Below the pieces are notes generated by a model. It made no database searches, was not told the origin of the DNA, and was given only the letters and a program-made list of their open reading frames with translations. 64,000 nt of DNA from the human T2T-CHM13v2.0 reference genome, Homo sapiens: NCBI RefSeq assembly GCF_009914755.1, contig NC_060928.1, one strand, 5' to 3'. The translations under genes and the position numbers were made by a program. Numbering within the stretch: position 1 is the first letter of the stretch; every line of letters starts with the position of its first letter. Positions 28,789 to 42,414 of the stretch are shown here, in pieces.

Positions 28789-30859
28789 CAATTGAATATT
28801 GATGAAATATAACTTTTTGGCTCACGTTTACATTCTCCAAGATGGGGTCATTCTGCATGAAAAGATGTGCTTATGTGAAAGAATGTGGTAATATTTTGGT
28901 TCTTCAGATTTCTACTCTTACCTCTTTAGCTCAGTGCAGAGGCAAAAAATAAAAACAAAAAAACACTATTTGATGTCTATTGTATGCATGTTACCATTGA
29001 CGCACAGAGAATAAGACAAAAATTGTTTTCGTAATAGAGCTGGCAACTGATATGTAGGGATTCAATAAAGAGAAATGAAATAGATTTGTAAATGATAATT
29101 TGAAAAATTACCTATATAAATGTATAAAGAAAGTTAAAATTGAGTTATTTGTTTAAAGTTCTGTAAAGAAGCCTATTTTAATTTTTATCATTCAGGGAAA
29201 AGTGCAGGGTATTTGGTTTTGCTTGCTTTTAGTGACTTCATGACCCATCATTATTCTTATTCTAAGCCTGTTGGGAAGGGAGGTTGTTCAGTCACTTCTT
29301 TTCTTCTGAATTATTTCTGTCCTCAATTGCGGCCTACTCTTTCTGTCTCAGCTGGGTTTAGGGTGGGTGGACATAAAGGAAGGAGAATAGATAGATTGTG
29401 GAGAGCAGAAAAGTTCTTATTTTGATGCCAAGAGATGGCTCTACATTTTCCAATCCCAGTGAATGTTTGAAGCTGATTATTTCTTTTGTGGAGAATTTTT
29501 ATGGTTTATGTGGAAGTCTGCCTCCATGTATGGATATCTCTTACTTACAATCCCCTCAAACTTTACTATTTTATTCTCTGTTCAGCTCCAAAGACTTATA
29601 TCCAAAAAACCCTCTTCCTCACTAATCCCTTACCTAACCTGGCTCTTTTAATCTCTGTGTGGGTAACAAACCCAAGAAACATGTAACTGTTTTTGTCCCC
29701 CCAAGTTAAATTCCTTTATGACTTTGGCATTTTATCTAACATCTCTTTTGGAATGTAACATTTATTCGTCTTTGGTACTTCAGCTTAATCATATGCTCCC
29801 CATCATGAAACCATATTGGAAACCTATATTGAGGAAGGAACTTTTTGCAATTAGTAAAGCTTTGAGTTCATAGGGCCTTACAGTTTCACTGGAAATCATA
29901 AGGCTTCTTTTCTGTTCTACCTTGGGGCCTGCCAGAATCACAAAAATGCTTCACTTTCTCTTATCTAAAGAGCGATTAAAGTCTCAATTACATTTATCCA
30001 ATTCATTGGCTCTTCCCTATAATGGGGGTAGTGGTGAAGGGTTTGCAGCAAGAGGGAGTTCAGGAGCTGCCATTCATTCTTATCACGCAAAGGCATTTTA
30101 TTTTCAACTGTTGAAAACAAAACTATTCCCTATGATAATATTAAAGGTTCTCTATATTAAAAATATCTCCAAATAAAAAGGCTTTTTCCTATATAGTTAG
30201 CCATAATTCATTTATAATTTTGCTATATTACTTGGAACTTATTCTCCAGATAATTTTTTTTCTCTCATTTTTCTCAAGTTGCCCAAATTATTGTATTCCC
30301 AAAGGATATTCAGTCTTTCAGACTTTCGGTCTACACTGCATTTTTCCTCATGAGAACATCAGACACTCACAAAAATGCGAGTCAACTATAGCTTTTAAAA
30401 CTTCATTTTGTTTAAAAAAAATGTCAAAATGAGTTTTTCTCATAAGACTAGAATGTCAAACATAAAATGTAAAAATAAAATTCTCATTGGACTGGTATAT
30501 GTTCAGTCTTCTTCCTACTTCCTCAACTGAATGTTGATTTAAATTTATGGGAAATCATTCATATATGTCTTTTTGGTTCATGGTTATTTTACATTTGTTC
30601 ATCTGTTATTTTCACTTTAAAGATGCAAAAAAGACTACATAAATCTTTGAAATAGAGTCAAGAGTGTTTGCATAAGGATAGTTTCTACCAGTTCTTTAGG
30701 GAGAGACACTGTTGGTCAATGTTTCCGCTTGTATTAATAGCAACAATGGATTTGGATATGGAAGAAATAAGACATTTTATTGGCCTTATACTACAAGAGA
30801 TTTTTTTTCTCTGAATATTTTAAAGGTTTCTTCTACTGAAATATAGTGTATATAGGTAC

Positions 30860-30960
30860 CCTTCTTTCCTTCCTCCCTTCCTACTTTCCTTCCTTCCTTC
30901 CTTCCCTTTTTTCTTTCTTTCTCCCTTCTTTTCACTTCCCTTTCCTTCCCTTCCTTTCCT
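30860..30960. repeat. Degenerate (TTCC)n polypyrimidine tract
   Basis: Directly visible. Confidence 0.9.
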
Positions 30961-32169
30961 ATTTGGGTGTAAAGTCCAGTTTTAATACTTGGAAACAATG
31001 CCTTAGTTCCCTAATCTATGAAATTTGATGATAATATCAAACCTAAACATAAAGATAAAATGAAGCAATGCATATGAAGAGCCTACATGGCATAATACCT
31101 CATTTTGTAGAGTTTGACAGAGGTATAGAGGAAATGAGAAATGCCATAAAAAACAGTGGGTATGATCTCAAGTTAGTTTTATTTTTGTAATCCTGTTATT
31201 GGTGTTCCCTGCTTATCAGGGGAGCCCAGGCGATACACTAACTTTTTTCCATATTAAATAATTCTGCTTTATTTTTTATATTAATTAACACTAACACAGG
31301 ATCAAGACTTCATCCTGATCATTTTTCAATGATGGATTCACATTCTACATTGGTTTTGTGATCTTGCTAGTGTTATAGCTATTACCTGGTACTTGTGACT
31401 AGGTTCCTTCTTGATACTGCTATTTTCCATCTTGGGTGAGATCTATAATTCCTGACTACAACCCAGACCAACCCACCAGCTGGTTAATAAATAACCTCAT
31501 CTAGAGTCTGCTTCAAATTGGACAAACTTCCTGAAATCATAATTGTGCTATCTGTTGGATGAGATGAATGAAGACTTTTCGATGACTCCAGCCTCAATTT
31601 TCTTACACTGGATATTAACTCTGGCTTAGATCTGATCCAAATTTCCATGCCACTTGTGTTATTTCAAAATATAGTTTAAAAATCACTAATGTTTGAATTA
31701 TAAGAAAGATCAAAGAGAATAAATTAAAATATGCAAATTACCCACCACCCAGCTTTAACAATTGTCAGCATTTGGCCACATGTATTTCAAATCCTTAAAA
31801 AGACTATTAAGGGTGCAAATGAAATTCTTTCCCTCCCTTCTTACACTCTCCTTCCTTCTCTAGAAGAAACTTCTCTTTTAAAATTGGTGTGTATTTTTTC
31901 TATCTATGTTTTATAATTTACCATATTCTCATAGTGTGCTTTTAAAAGTTGTGCATGTGATTATAGCATATTATCTGTATATCTCTAAATTATATTTTTG
32001 TCATTCAGTAGTCATATTTATGTTCAATGATGCATTTATAAGTAGATTATTTACTTTACAGTATTCACACAATAGAATTTCATGTTGTGTGTGTGTATGT
32101 TGGACACTTGAGTTCCCCTAAGTTTTTAAAACAATTCATATATACTATTTCACATATTTTTGGGGCGCC

Positions 32170-32718
32170 TATAATTTTTTATTAAATGCATAGAATGTGT
32201 AATGATCAACTCAAGGTATTTATGGTGTCTGTCACTTTGAGTGTTTATCATTTCTATGTGTTGAGAACATTTTAAGTCTTCTCTTCCAGGTAGTTTGAAA
32301 TATACAGTATGTTGTTGCTAACTGTAGTCACTTTACTTTACTATGGAACATTAGAACTTATTTCTTCTAACTAACTATAAGTTTGTAGCTATTAGCCAAC
32401 CTCTATTCATCCCTTCCTCTCACACACATACCTTTCCCAGCCTCTGGTATTTATCATTCTACTTTCTACCTCCATGAGACCAACTTTTTTTGTTCCCACA
32501 TATAAGTGGGATATTTGTCTTTACGTGCTGGTTTATTTTACTTAAAATAATGACCTCCAGTTTCAGCCATGTTGCTGCAAATGAAAGAATTTCACAGTTT
32601 TTTTTAATAGATGAATAAGTTTCTGTTAAGTATACATACTAGATTTTCTTTATCTATTTGTCCGCTAATGGACACTTAGGTTGATTCAACCTCTTGGCTA
32701 TTGTGAATAATGCTGCAA
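32170..32718 (-). mobile_element. L1MA 3' end fragment within older L1M sequence
   Basis: 'atgcatagaatgtgtaatgatcaa...tttgaaatatacagtatgttgttgctaactgtagtcac...ggacacttaggttgattc'. Confidence 0.78.
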
Positions 32719-33627
32719 ATAAGCACAGGTTTTCACTGTTACAAACAACACTTAGAGTAACATCCTCACACATGCAGGTTTTCTTGGCATGTATACAAGA
32801 ATGTATACTTCAAAGTGGATTTGCTGTGTTGTAGGGCACGTATATCTTTAGACTCTTCTTGGTATGGTGTTAAACTAATGTTTCTGTCTACCATCTGGAC
32901 TGCCATGGTTGACTGCCATTCCAAACAGAGAAATCATCTCGGATAAGCTGTACCTGGCGTATCATACTGGGCCAAGAGTGTAGCGTGAACCCTGTCTTTA
33001 GTCACCATTGTCAGGGCACAGTCGTTCCTAAAGTGCCTATAGAACTACTCATTAATAACATCCTGCATGATTTGTTTACAAGAGTTTATATATATTGATT
33101 GGAAAAGAATTCTACTAGATTAAAAATACTGTTACTCTGTAGGCTCTGGGAAGATAAAACACAATCTTTCATTTTCTTTGAGATTAGAAAACAGTAAATA
33201 GGAGGTTGTTGTCTAAATAAGTTTTGCTAAAGCCATGAAAACACATCTTAAAAATAGACAAAAATCCACTTTATTGGGATTTTGTTTTCTGGCTTAAAAT
33301 CTAGTTGGCGATTAATATTTACTGCATATAATACAACTGGATCATAGCTAATCACTCACCTATTTGGATCTAAATGTTAATTGTCAAGCAACAAGACCTT
33401 TTCGGAATAAAAAGAACACTTGAGTTTTATGTAAAAAACAAATAAAAACACATGAAAATGACTGATTGGATTTGAATTTATAGTAGCAATGAAACGAGCA
33501 TGATTAAAAAACATGACTTGATCTTCGAGTAAAAAGTCAATGAACATATATCTCCAAATATTTGAGAAACAGAAAAGTACTAAAAAAGTAACTATTAGTT
33601 AAAATATTTAAATGAATAAATAAATAT

Positions 33628-33970
33628 AGTAGTATGTTGTGTAATAATGTTACAGTCAACAATGGACTACATATACAATGGTGGTCCTGTAAGATTATAA
33701 TACTGTATTTTTACTATAACTTTTTATGTTTAGATATGTTCAGATACACAAATACTTACCATTGTGTTAAAGTTGTCTACAGTGTTCAGTACAGTAGCAT
33801 GCTCTTCAGGTTTGCAGCCTAGGAGCAATAGACTACACCACATAGACTAGCTGTGTGGTAGGCTATACAATCTAGGTCTGTGTAAGTATACTCTATGATG
33901 TTTGCCCAACAAAATGGTCTAATGACACATTTCTCAGAATGTATCCCCATCACTACGTAATGCATGACTA
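33628..33970. mobile_element. Tigger3a/MER7-like DNA transposon
   Basis: 'gtcaacaatggactacatatacaatggtggtcc...gcctaggagcaatagactac...cacatttctcagaatgtatcccc'. Confidence 0.8.
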
Positions 33971-34838
33971 AATAAATAACATGAAACACCTTTGAGAAAC
34001 AAGTCTATGTCTAATTTATCCTTGTTTGATTTGTGGCCTCAAGCACATTACCTTGTACATAGAAAATGCTAAATAGCTATTGCTGATTGAATGTATTCAT
34101 GAATGAATAAGTGAAGTTTGAAGTGATGACAAGAGATACACAGGTTTGTTTGCTTTCTTTTTAGGAGTAAAATAATGCAATGGAATATTAAAATAAGAAA
34201 ATAATTCTGATATTATATTTTACTCTAATTTTAAAGCCTTTTTTCATATTAAGTGTTTTTGTTGATTCAAAATTAGAAAATATATCTATCTCTAATACTT
34301 AATACCCATTCCCTAACATGGCATTTGTTCATTCAATTGAAAACATTTAGCAAAATGCCTCTTCGACATCTATGGGATCATTTAAAAAATGTTTTGGGGG
34401 ACTTAATTATAATTCTCCTCTAAGCTTTTGAAGCTTAGCTAAGACTATTACCTATTCTCTTGGGTTTTGCTACCACCATGTGCTAGTATGTGACAGATGT
34501 TTAGATGGCTGTGACCAGGCAGACTGGTCACTTCAAAACTTGTTTGAGCCATATGCAAGAGAAAACATAATGTCGAGACAGAAAGCTGAAAAATGTGTAA
34601 ACAATAAAATTAATTTGGTAAGTTATGACCAACAGTATTCTTTTTAATGAGATAAAATAAATATATCAGAATACATTGAACATTGGAAGGAAGCATTGTT
34701 TCATGAAGTGTATTAATATGTATTTGAATAAGAATTGTGATCTAAAATATATTTCCTCCCATGGTTGCAATAAAAATATTTGAAAGCCACTCCCTTAAGG
34801 GACACAGAGGAATAGGAACCTACTTAAAAGTGATGACA

Positions 34839-35258
<420 letters not shown>

Positions 35259-36040
35259 CTAGATAGTGAGATCATGAAGCAGGATAAGGTGAGAAGGGGT
35301 TAACTTGATTTAGCAATAAGGAGACCATAGGTGGTTTTGTTTCATTTCAGTGATGGGTGGGACAATGCTATTAAGGAAGTAGAGTCGAGTAATTGGATAA
35401 CACTATAAAAACAGATACAGAAATACTTATATCAAAAAGCTGATGTGTAGTTTGGACATAACTATATAATAAGTGAAGCACAATTCCTGGACGACATGTG
35501 ATGCTCAGTAAATGTGAACCGTCACCACCACTACCACCATCACAACCACTATCATCATCATTTCTTGAGGCAGTGAATTTTCCAAGGGGTTTTTATATAT
35601 TACCAAACTGCCAGTCATTGGCTGCACTAATTCCATTATTTTTACCTACTTTTAAAAATTCTGGATATAAAATTGAATGATTTTATATGCATGGAAGTAG
35701 GATGGGCAAAAGTCTGTAGGCAAAATTGTGTGTTTCTGTGGTTTAAATGGTCAGTTCAGAAGAGACCCAGGCATAGACTATGTGGCATATCAATCCAAAT
35801 CCTGTGTAAGGATTCATAAGCACAGATAGCACGGATTGAACATTTGCTATCTGCCAGGCACTCTTCTCAGCACTTCATATTCGTTAATTCTCACAATCAC
35901 CCTATAGGATTAGTACTCCAAATACATCTTCATTAGGTGAGCGGCAAAGAGATCTATGAAGTGTGATAAACAGACAGCACATATTATTTTATGATAGATG
36001 TGGTTTGGGCTCTTTTGGGAAAGGTTAAAAGCAATAAAAA

Positions 36041-36434
<394 letters not shown>

Positions 36435-38099
36435 CTATTTCTCTCTCCTGTCCATGAGAGTGAGGTTCACATGTTCCGTTTTAAGGATTGACCCATTTCT
36501 ATAGTGTTTACCAATCATCCTTTTTGAAGATTCTCTGGGTAGGGCTTAGAACACTTGGTAAAGGCTATGCACAGTTCCTTTGTCAATTGGCCAAAGGAAA
36601 GAAAACACTGTTGCAGCACTGTTTGAAATGGGCAAATCAGAAATGGCTGCTTGCCTTACCCTTCTCTATGCTCAGTTTATATAAATTGAAGTCATCACTG
36701 CAAATGACCAGAGTTAGATGCTATTGTATGTTTGGGAGGATGGGACGGAGGTGGTTAGAATGAGTATTGGCTGTGGAATTGGAAATACAATTTCACTGTG
36801 AAACATTTCCAAAGATACTGCAGGCTAAAATGTCAAAGTATCTCCAGAGGATTTAGTTTTATTACTCACATTGATGTCAGTAGGAGCTGGGTAGTTATAG
36901 CCTTGGCTGCTCTCTGGAACTTTGCCTAACTACTCCTGTTTCAGCCATTCGAAATTATTTGTTTCACAGTCTCTCTTTTCCCCTCTACTAAATAAACTAA
37001 TTTCAAATATTTTGATATTAAGGTAATAGCAGAAAAGTAGTCCCAAAGAACAGCTACTAGCTACAAACTGTCAGCTAGAGAATACAGACAAACCTCTCTT
37101 TGTGAAATAAATATTGCCTATAAAAGCAATTCTCTACTGATGAAAGCTGATCTTCTTGTTACTTCCATTATAAACTTGGAAGCTTGCTCCCCAAGAAAAT
37201 CTCTGACAAATAAAATAAAAATACATTTAAAGGCAGCAAATTTAAAAAACATATTTAAAACTAATTGATGTAATATATACAAACACTTAAATGAGTTTGA
37301 AATAGTAAGGTTTATTTTTGTGTTTTAACTTGGCTTAATTTTGAAAAGTTAAATGAGCTCAAACAGAAAAAAACACATTTGACTTGAAGTTCCCTCAACT
37401 TCTTTCAGTCTCTATTCCTTCACATTCTGTAAGAGAGTGTTGGCTAGAGGTCCCATTGATTGGACAGACTGTGCTTCCAGTTAAAGAAATGCCATAGCGT
37501 ATCATTGTTGTTTTTAAAATAAAAAGCATCTTTAAGTGGATGCAGGGAAAGAGAGAACATTGAAGAACACAGGAATAACAATTCAAATGACACGACACTG
37601 AATTAACCTTATTCATATTGCATATTTCAGTTTCAGATTCTCCAAAAAGGCGTTTTTGCTAAATGTTATATTAATTCCACAGCATTTTAATTTACTCTTA
37701 ACTGAAACTCACTTTATGGGAAAAGTTGGACCTTCCCAGAGTCAGGGAGGTCAGACCTAGCACCAACTTCCTGACTTATTTCCCCAAATTCATCTCATTT
37801 TGAGCATTTATTTCCCTTGACTTTTTTTTTTCAATTCACCTCTATTCTTCCACTTGCAAATTCTGATTTATAATTTAGTCAGTCAGTAACTAAGCAATTC
37901 TCCCCCAGCCTTTGACTGGTTGACGTTATTGGCCAATTATAATAACACTGACAAATTGCTACTCAAATTCCCTATATAAAAGATCCCAGCCTTTAGAGAG
38001 AACTTGGGGCTACTCTTGGCAGCACCCCATCATCATCATACCCTCACTTCATTCTTGGGACTGCTGATGTGAATTTTTTATGTTCAAGGATTGGAGCAA

Positions 38100-38601
38100 A
38101 TGAAAGATGGCTGGTAATTCTATTTCAGTTTATTTTCCTTTCTCTTGATTTTGGGTCAACCCCGTAACTCTTTAACCAACAGAATGAGGTGAAAGTGATA
38201 CTGTGCCTGTTCTAGGCTGAGATGTTAAGCTCACTGGCAGCTTCTGCATCCTTTCCTTCAAATGTTTGTTGTTGGGATGCTTTCTCAGACAACAGCTGAC
38301 AGCCTGTGCAATGCCCCAGTCACTTGGAGAAAGTACAGGACACATGCAGGTGTTCTTGACAACCGCCACAGTTGAGCTCCAGCCAATAGCTAGCATGGAC
38401 TGCCAGACATGTGAGTGAGCCATTTTCGATGTTTTAGCCTAGTTGAGCCTTTGGATGGCTGCAGCCCCAGCCAACATCAAGTGGAGGAGAAGAACAGAGC
38501 CTCATCAACCTGCAGAATTACAAGAGAAAATGAAATAAACAGTAGTGTTTTAAGCCGTTAGGTTTTGGAGTGGTTGGTTACACAGTAATAGATAACAGAA
38601 A
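38100..38601 (+). mobile_element. MaLR LTR, MLT1H-like
   Basis: 'ctgccagacatgtgagtgagccatttt...tgcagccccagccaacatc...ttttaagccgttaggttttggagtggttggttacacagtaatagataac'. Confidence 0.75.
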
Positions 38602-39199
38602 TAGGAATATTTTTTCAGTTATGGTACAAACTAGCAATGTCAAAATGAGGAGAAAGAGAGTTATTCATGAGACAATCAGTGTAGTTCTCTCCTGTGGGAA
38701 TGGTGGGAGAGTGTGTCTAGTATGTAGACGCTACTGGAGTTTGTTTGCCAAAGCTTTCAAGATTTTTCCTTTTCAGATGTTTTTCCTTGAATACACATCT
38801 CCTTCAGGGAACTTGAGGAAGGAACTCTGGTGGCAGAGTGTGATTTGGGCATCCATGATTCTCAGCCCTGGCCATTTTTCTTGCTTTTCCCATCTCATCA
38901 GAGCCTCTTTCAATGGAACATTTTAGAGTAAAGGATTAAGGCATCCCTTTCCCCCACTAGCCCTACAGCCTCCTTGAGGGCAGTAACCATGGTTTATTCA
39001 TCTCTGCCTCTAGCTTCTGGAAAAGAGTCTGTCACATAGCCCTCAGCAGAAATTTAGAGAACTAAGCTTCAGGCCAGAACATTGAAGAATATGTTCAATT
39101 TATCTGTATTCTAGCTTAAATTAACTAGGAGCCTGGCTATGTTGTGTCCTCTAACTTATGACTAAAACTTAATCTGTTAACACAAACTGATCTTTATAA

Positions 39200-39645
<446 letters not shown>

Positions 39646-39803
39646 TTAACTGCCCTGATTGTTTTAATGTCCTGACTTCACCTTTAATAGATTCTTGACT
39701 GTTCTGTGCTGCTCAGTGTTTAGATATTTCTTTCATGAAGACTGATTTCAATGCTTTGTCACTTTGCAAATACCAAAATCTTGCTAAATTGAATATAAAA
39801 TAG

Positions 39804-40203
<400 letters not shown>

Positions 40204-40569
40204 TTAAAGGTGTCACTTTTTAATGTTCTCTCTTGCCCATTCTATACTAGCGTAATTCATTCTCACATCTGGAATTTCATTTTATGTCATTGTTTTGATT
40301 ATAGTACAGAAACAAAGGTGTCATTCCATAATGTAAACTCCTCATTATTTTTAATCATCTTTTTTATCCTTGGAGTATTCAATACCCCATATTTTAATGT
40401 ACTTACCATTCTATAGTTGTAGACTGCCAGTTAAACTCTTATGTTGGTTAATTATGAACAAGGCACAAAATAAATCATAGAATAGATGGACCTTGTTTTT
40501 GCCCAAATGTTCTCTTGACTTTCAGAAAACTACTGAAGCAACTCTGAGAATGTTTCGAATGGGCAGCGG

Positions 40570-41160
40570 TTGTACTAGATAGTCTCTATTTGACTCTTCC
40601 ACCTTATATTTTTGTTCTCACCCTGCTCTGTGCACTGGGAGGCTGCCTTCTATTTTTTTTTTTTTTTTTTTTTGAGACGAAGTCTTGCTCTGCTGCCCAG
40701 GCTGGAGTGCAGTGGCGCGGTCTTGGCTCACTGCAAGCTCCGGGTAGGCTGCCTTCTAAGGAATAAAACAATGGGCCTCTTTTCCCTCTGGTTGCCACTG
40801 GGTTCAATCTGTAGGAGGCATTGGCAGGAAACAAGAGAATGGGAAAATAAAGAGGTCCTGGTGTATATCCCCCTTTCTACTTCCATCCATCTTTGCTTCA
40901 GTGTGGTTCTGCCTATGGCTTTGTTCCTATACCAAAGGCCATAGCTGCTAAAATGAGATTCTCCCTGACAAGTATGTATCTTGCTAATTAATCTTGCCTT
41001 TCTCTCTCTAAGCATTGGCTCTTTATGGTCTCTAGCCCTGAGATTATTCACCATATCCTCTTTTTTTACATATAAACTTGCCTATGACTTGTAAACTGTT
41101 TGTTCATTAAATTTATCTGTTATCACCCCTATTGTGTTTGCTGCCAGGAACTTTGAGGGT
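40570..41160 (+). mobile_element. LTR33-like ERVL LTR
   Basis: 'tctcaccctgctctgtgcactgggaggctg...ttccctctggttgccactgggttc...ggaggcattggcagga...ccaaaggccatagct'. Confidence 0.6.
40653..40745 (-). mobile_element. Severely 5'-truncated AluY (~70 nt plus poly-A)
   Basis: 'ctcactgcaagctcc'; 13-bp TSD aggctgccttcta (40640-40652 and 40746-40758). Confidence 0.92.
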
Positions 41161-41392
41161 TAAAACTTCAAATACTTGTTATCTTCAATTTTTAGACAAC
41201 AGAGAACTTTGAATCGTATATTTGATAAAAGTCAGAGCCATACCATGTGAATTCATGCAAGGCCTTGAACAACACTTGTTTGGACAATGAATATTAAAAA
41301 GTTTTAAGCTTACCTCCCTTCAAATCACTATAACTTTAATCTCAGGGATGCTTTTTTCTTCTAGAAAGTCTTTGTCGAAACTTAGCTCACCT

Positions 41393-42414
41393 GACATAAG
41401 ACCCAAAACCATAAAAACCCTAGAGGAAAACCTAGGCAATACCATTCAGGACATAGGCATGGGCAAGGACTTCATGACTGAAACACCAAAAGCAATGGCA
41501 ACAAAAGCCAAAATTGACAAAAGGGATCTAATTAAACTAAAGAGTTTCTGCGCAGCAAAAGAAACTACCCTCAGAGTGAACAGGCAGCCTACAGAATGGG
41601 AGAAAATTTTTGCAATCTATCCGTTTGACAAAGGGCTAATATCCAGAATCTACAAGGAACATAAATTTCCAAGGAAAAAGCAACCCCCTCAAGAAGTGGA
41701 CAAAGGATATGAACAGACACGTCTCAGAAGAAGACATTTATGTGTCCAAGAAACATATGAAAAGAAAAGCTCATCATCTCTGGTCATTAGAGAAATGCAA
41801 ATCAAAACCACAATGAGATGCCATCTCATGCCAGTTAGAATGGCGATCATTAAAATGTCAGGAAATAACAGATGCTTGAAAGGATGTGGAGTAATAGGAA
41901 TGCTTTTACACTGTTGGTGGGAGTGTAAATTAGTTCAACCATTGTGGAAGACAGTGTGGTGATTCCTCAAGGATGTAGAACCATAAATACCATTTGACGC
42001 AGCAATCCCATTACTGGGTATATACCCAAAGGATTATAAATCGTTCTACTATAAATACACATGCACACGTATGTTTATCGCAGCACTCTTTACAATAGCA
42101 AAGACTTGGAGCCAACCCAAATGTCCATCAATGATAGACTGGATAAAGAAAATGTGTCACATATACACCATGTAATACTATGCAGCCATAAAAAAGCATG
42201 CGTTCATGTCCTTTTCAGGGACATGGATGAAGCTGGAAACCATCATTCTTAGCAAACTAACAGAAACAGAAAACCAAACACCGCATGTTCTCGCTCACAA
42301 GTGGGAACTGAACAATGAGAACACATAGAGACAGGGAGGGGAACATCACACACCAGGTCCTGTTGGGATGTGGGAGGTAAGGGGAGGGATAGCATTAGGA
42401 GAAATACCTAAATG
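41393..42414 (+). mobile_element. L1PA (about PA6-7) ~1-kb fragment truncated at both ends
   Basis: ORF2 C-terminal peptides ([25 protein letters not shown]...); 3'UTR stops at 'ggagaaatacctaaatg' with no poly-A. Confidence 0.92.

Noticed and set aside
33354-33420. Perfect minus-strand donor AG|GTGAGT at ~33359
   Set aside because: No convincing matching acceptor; isolated donor motifs are expected by chance.
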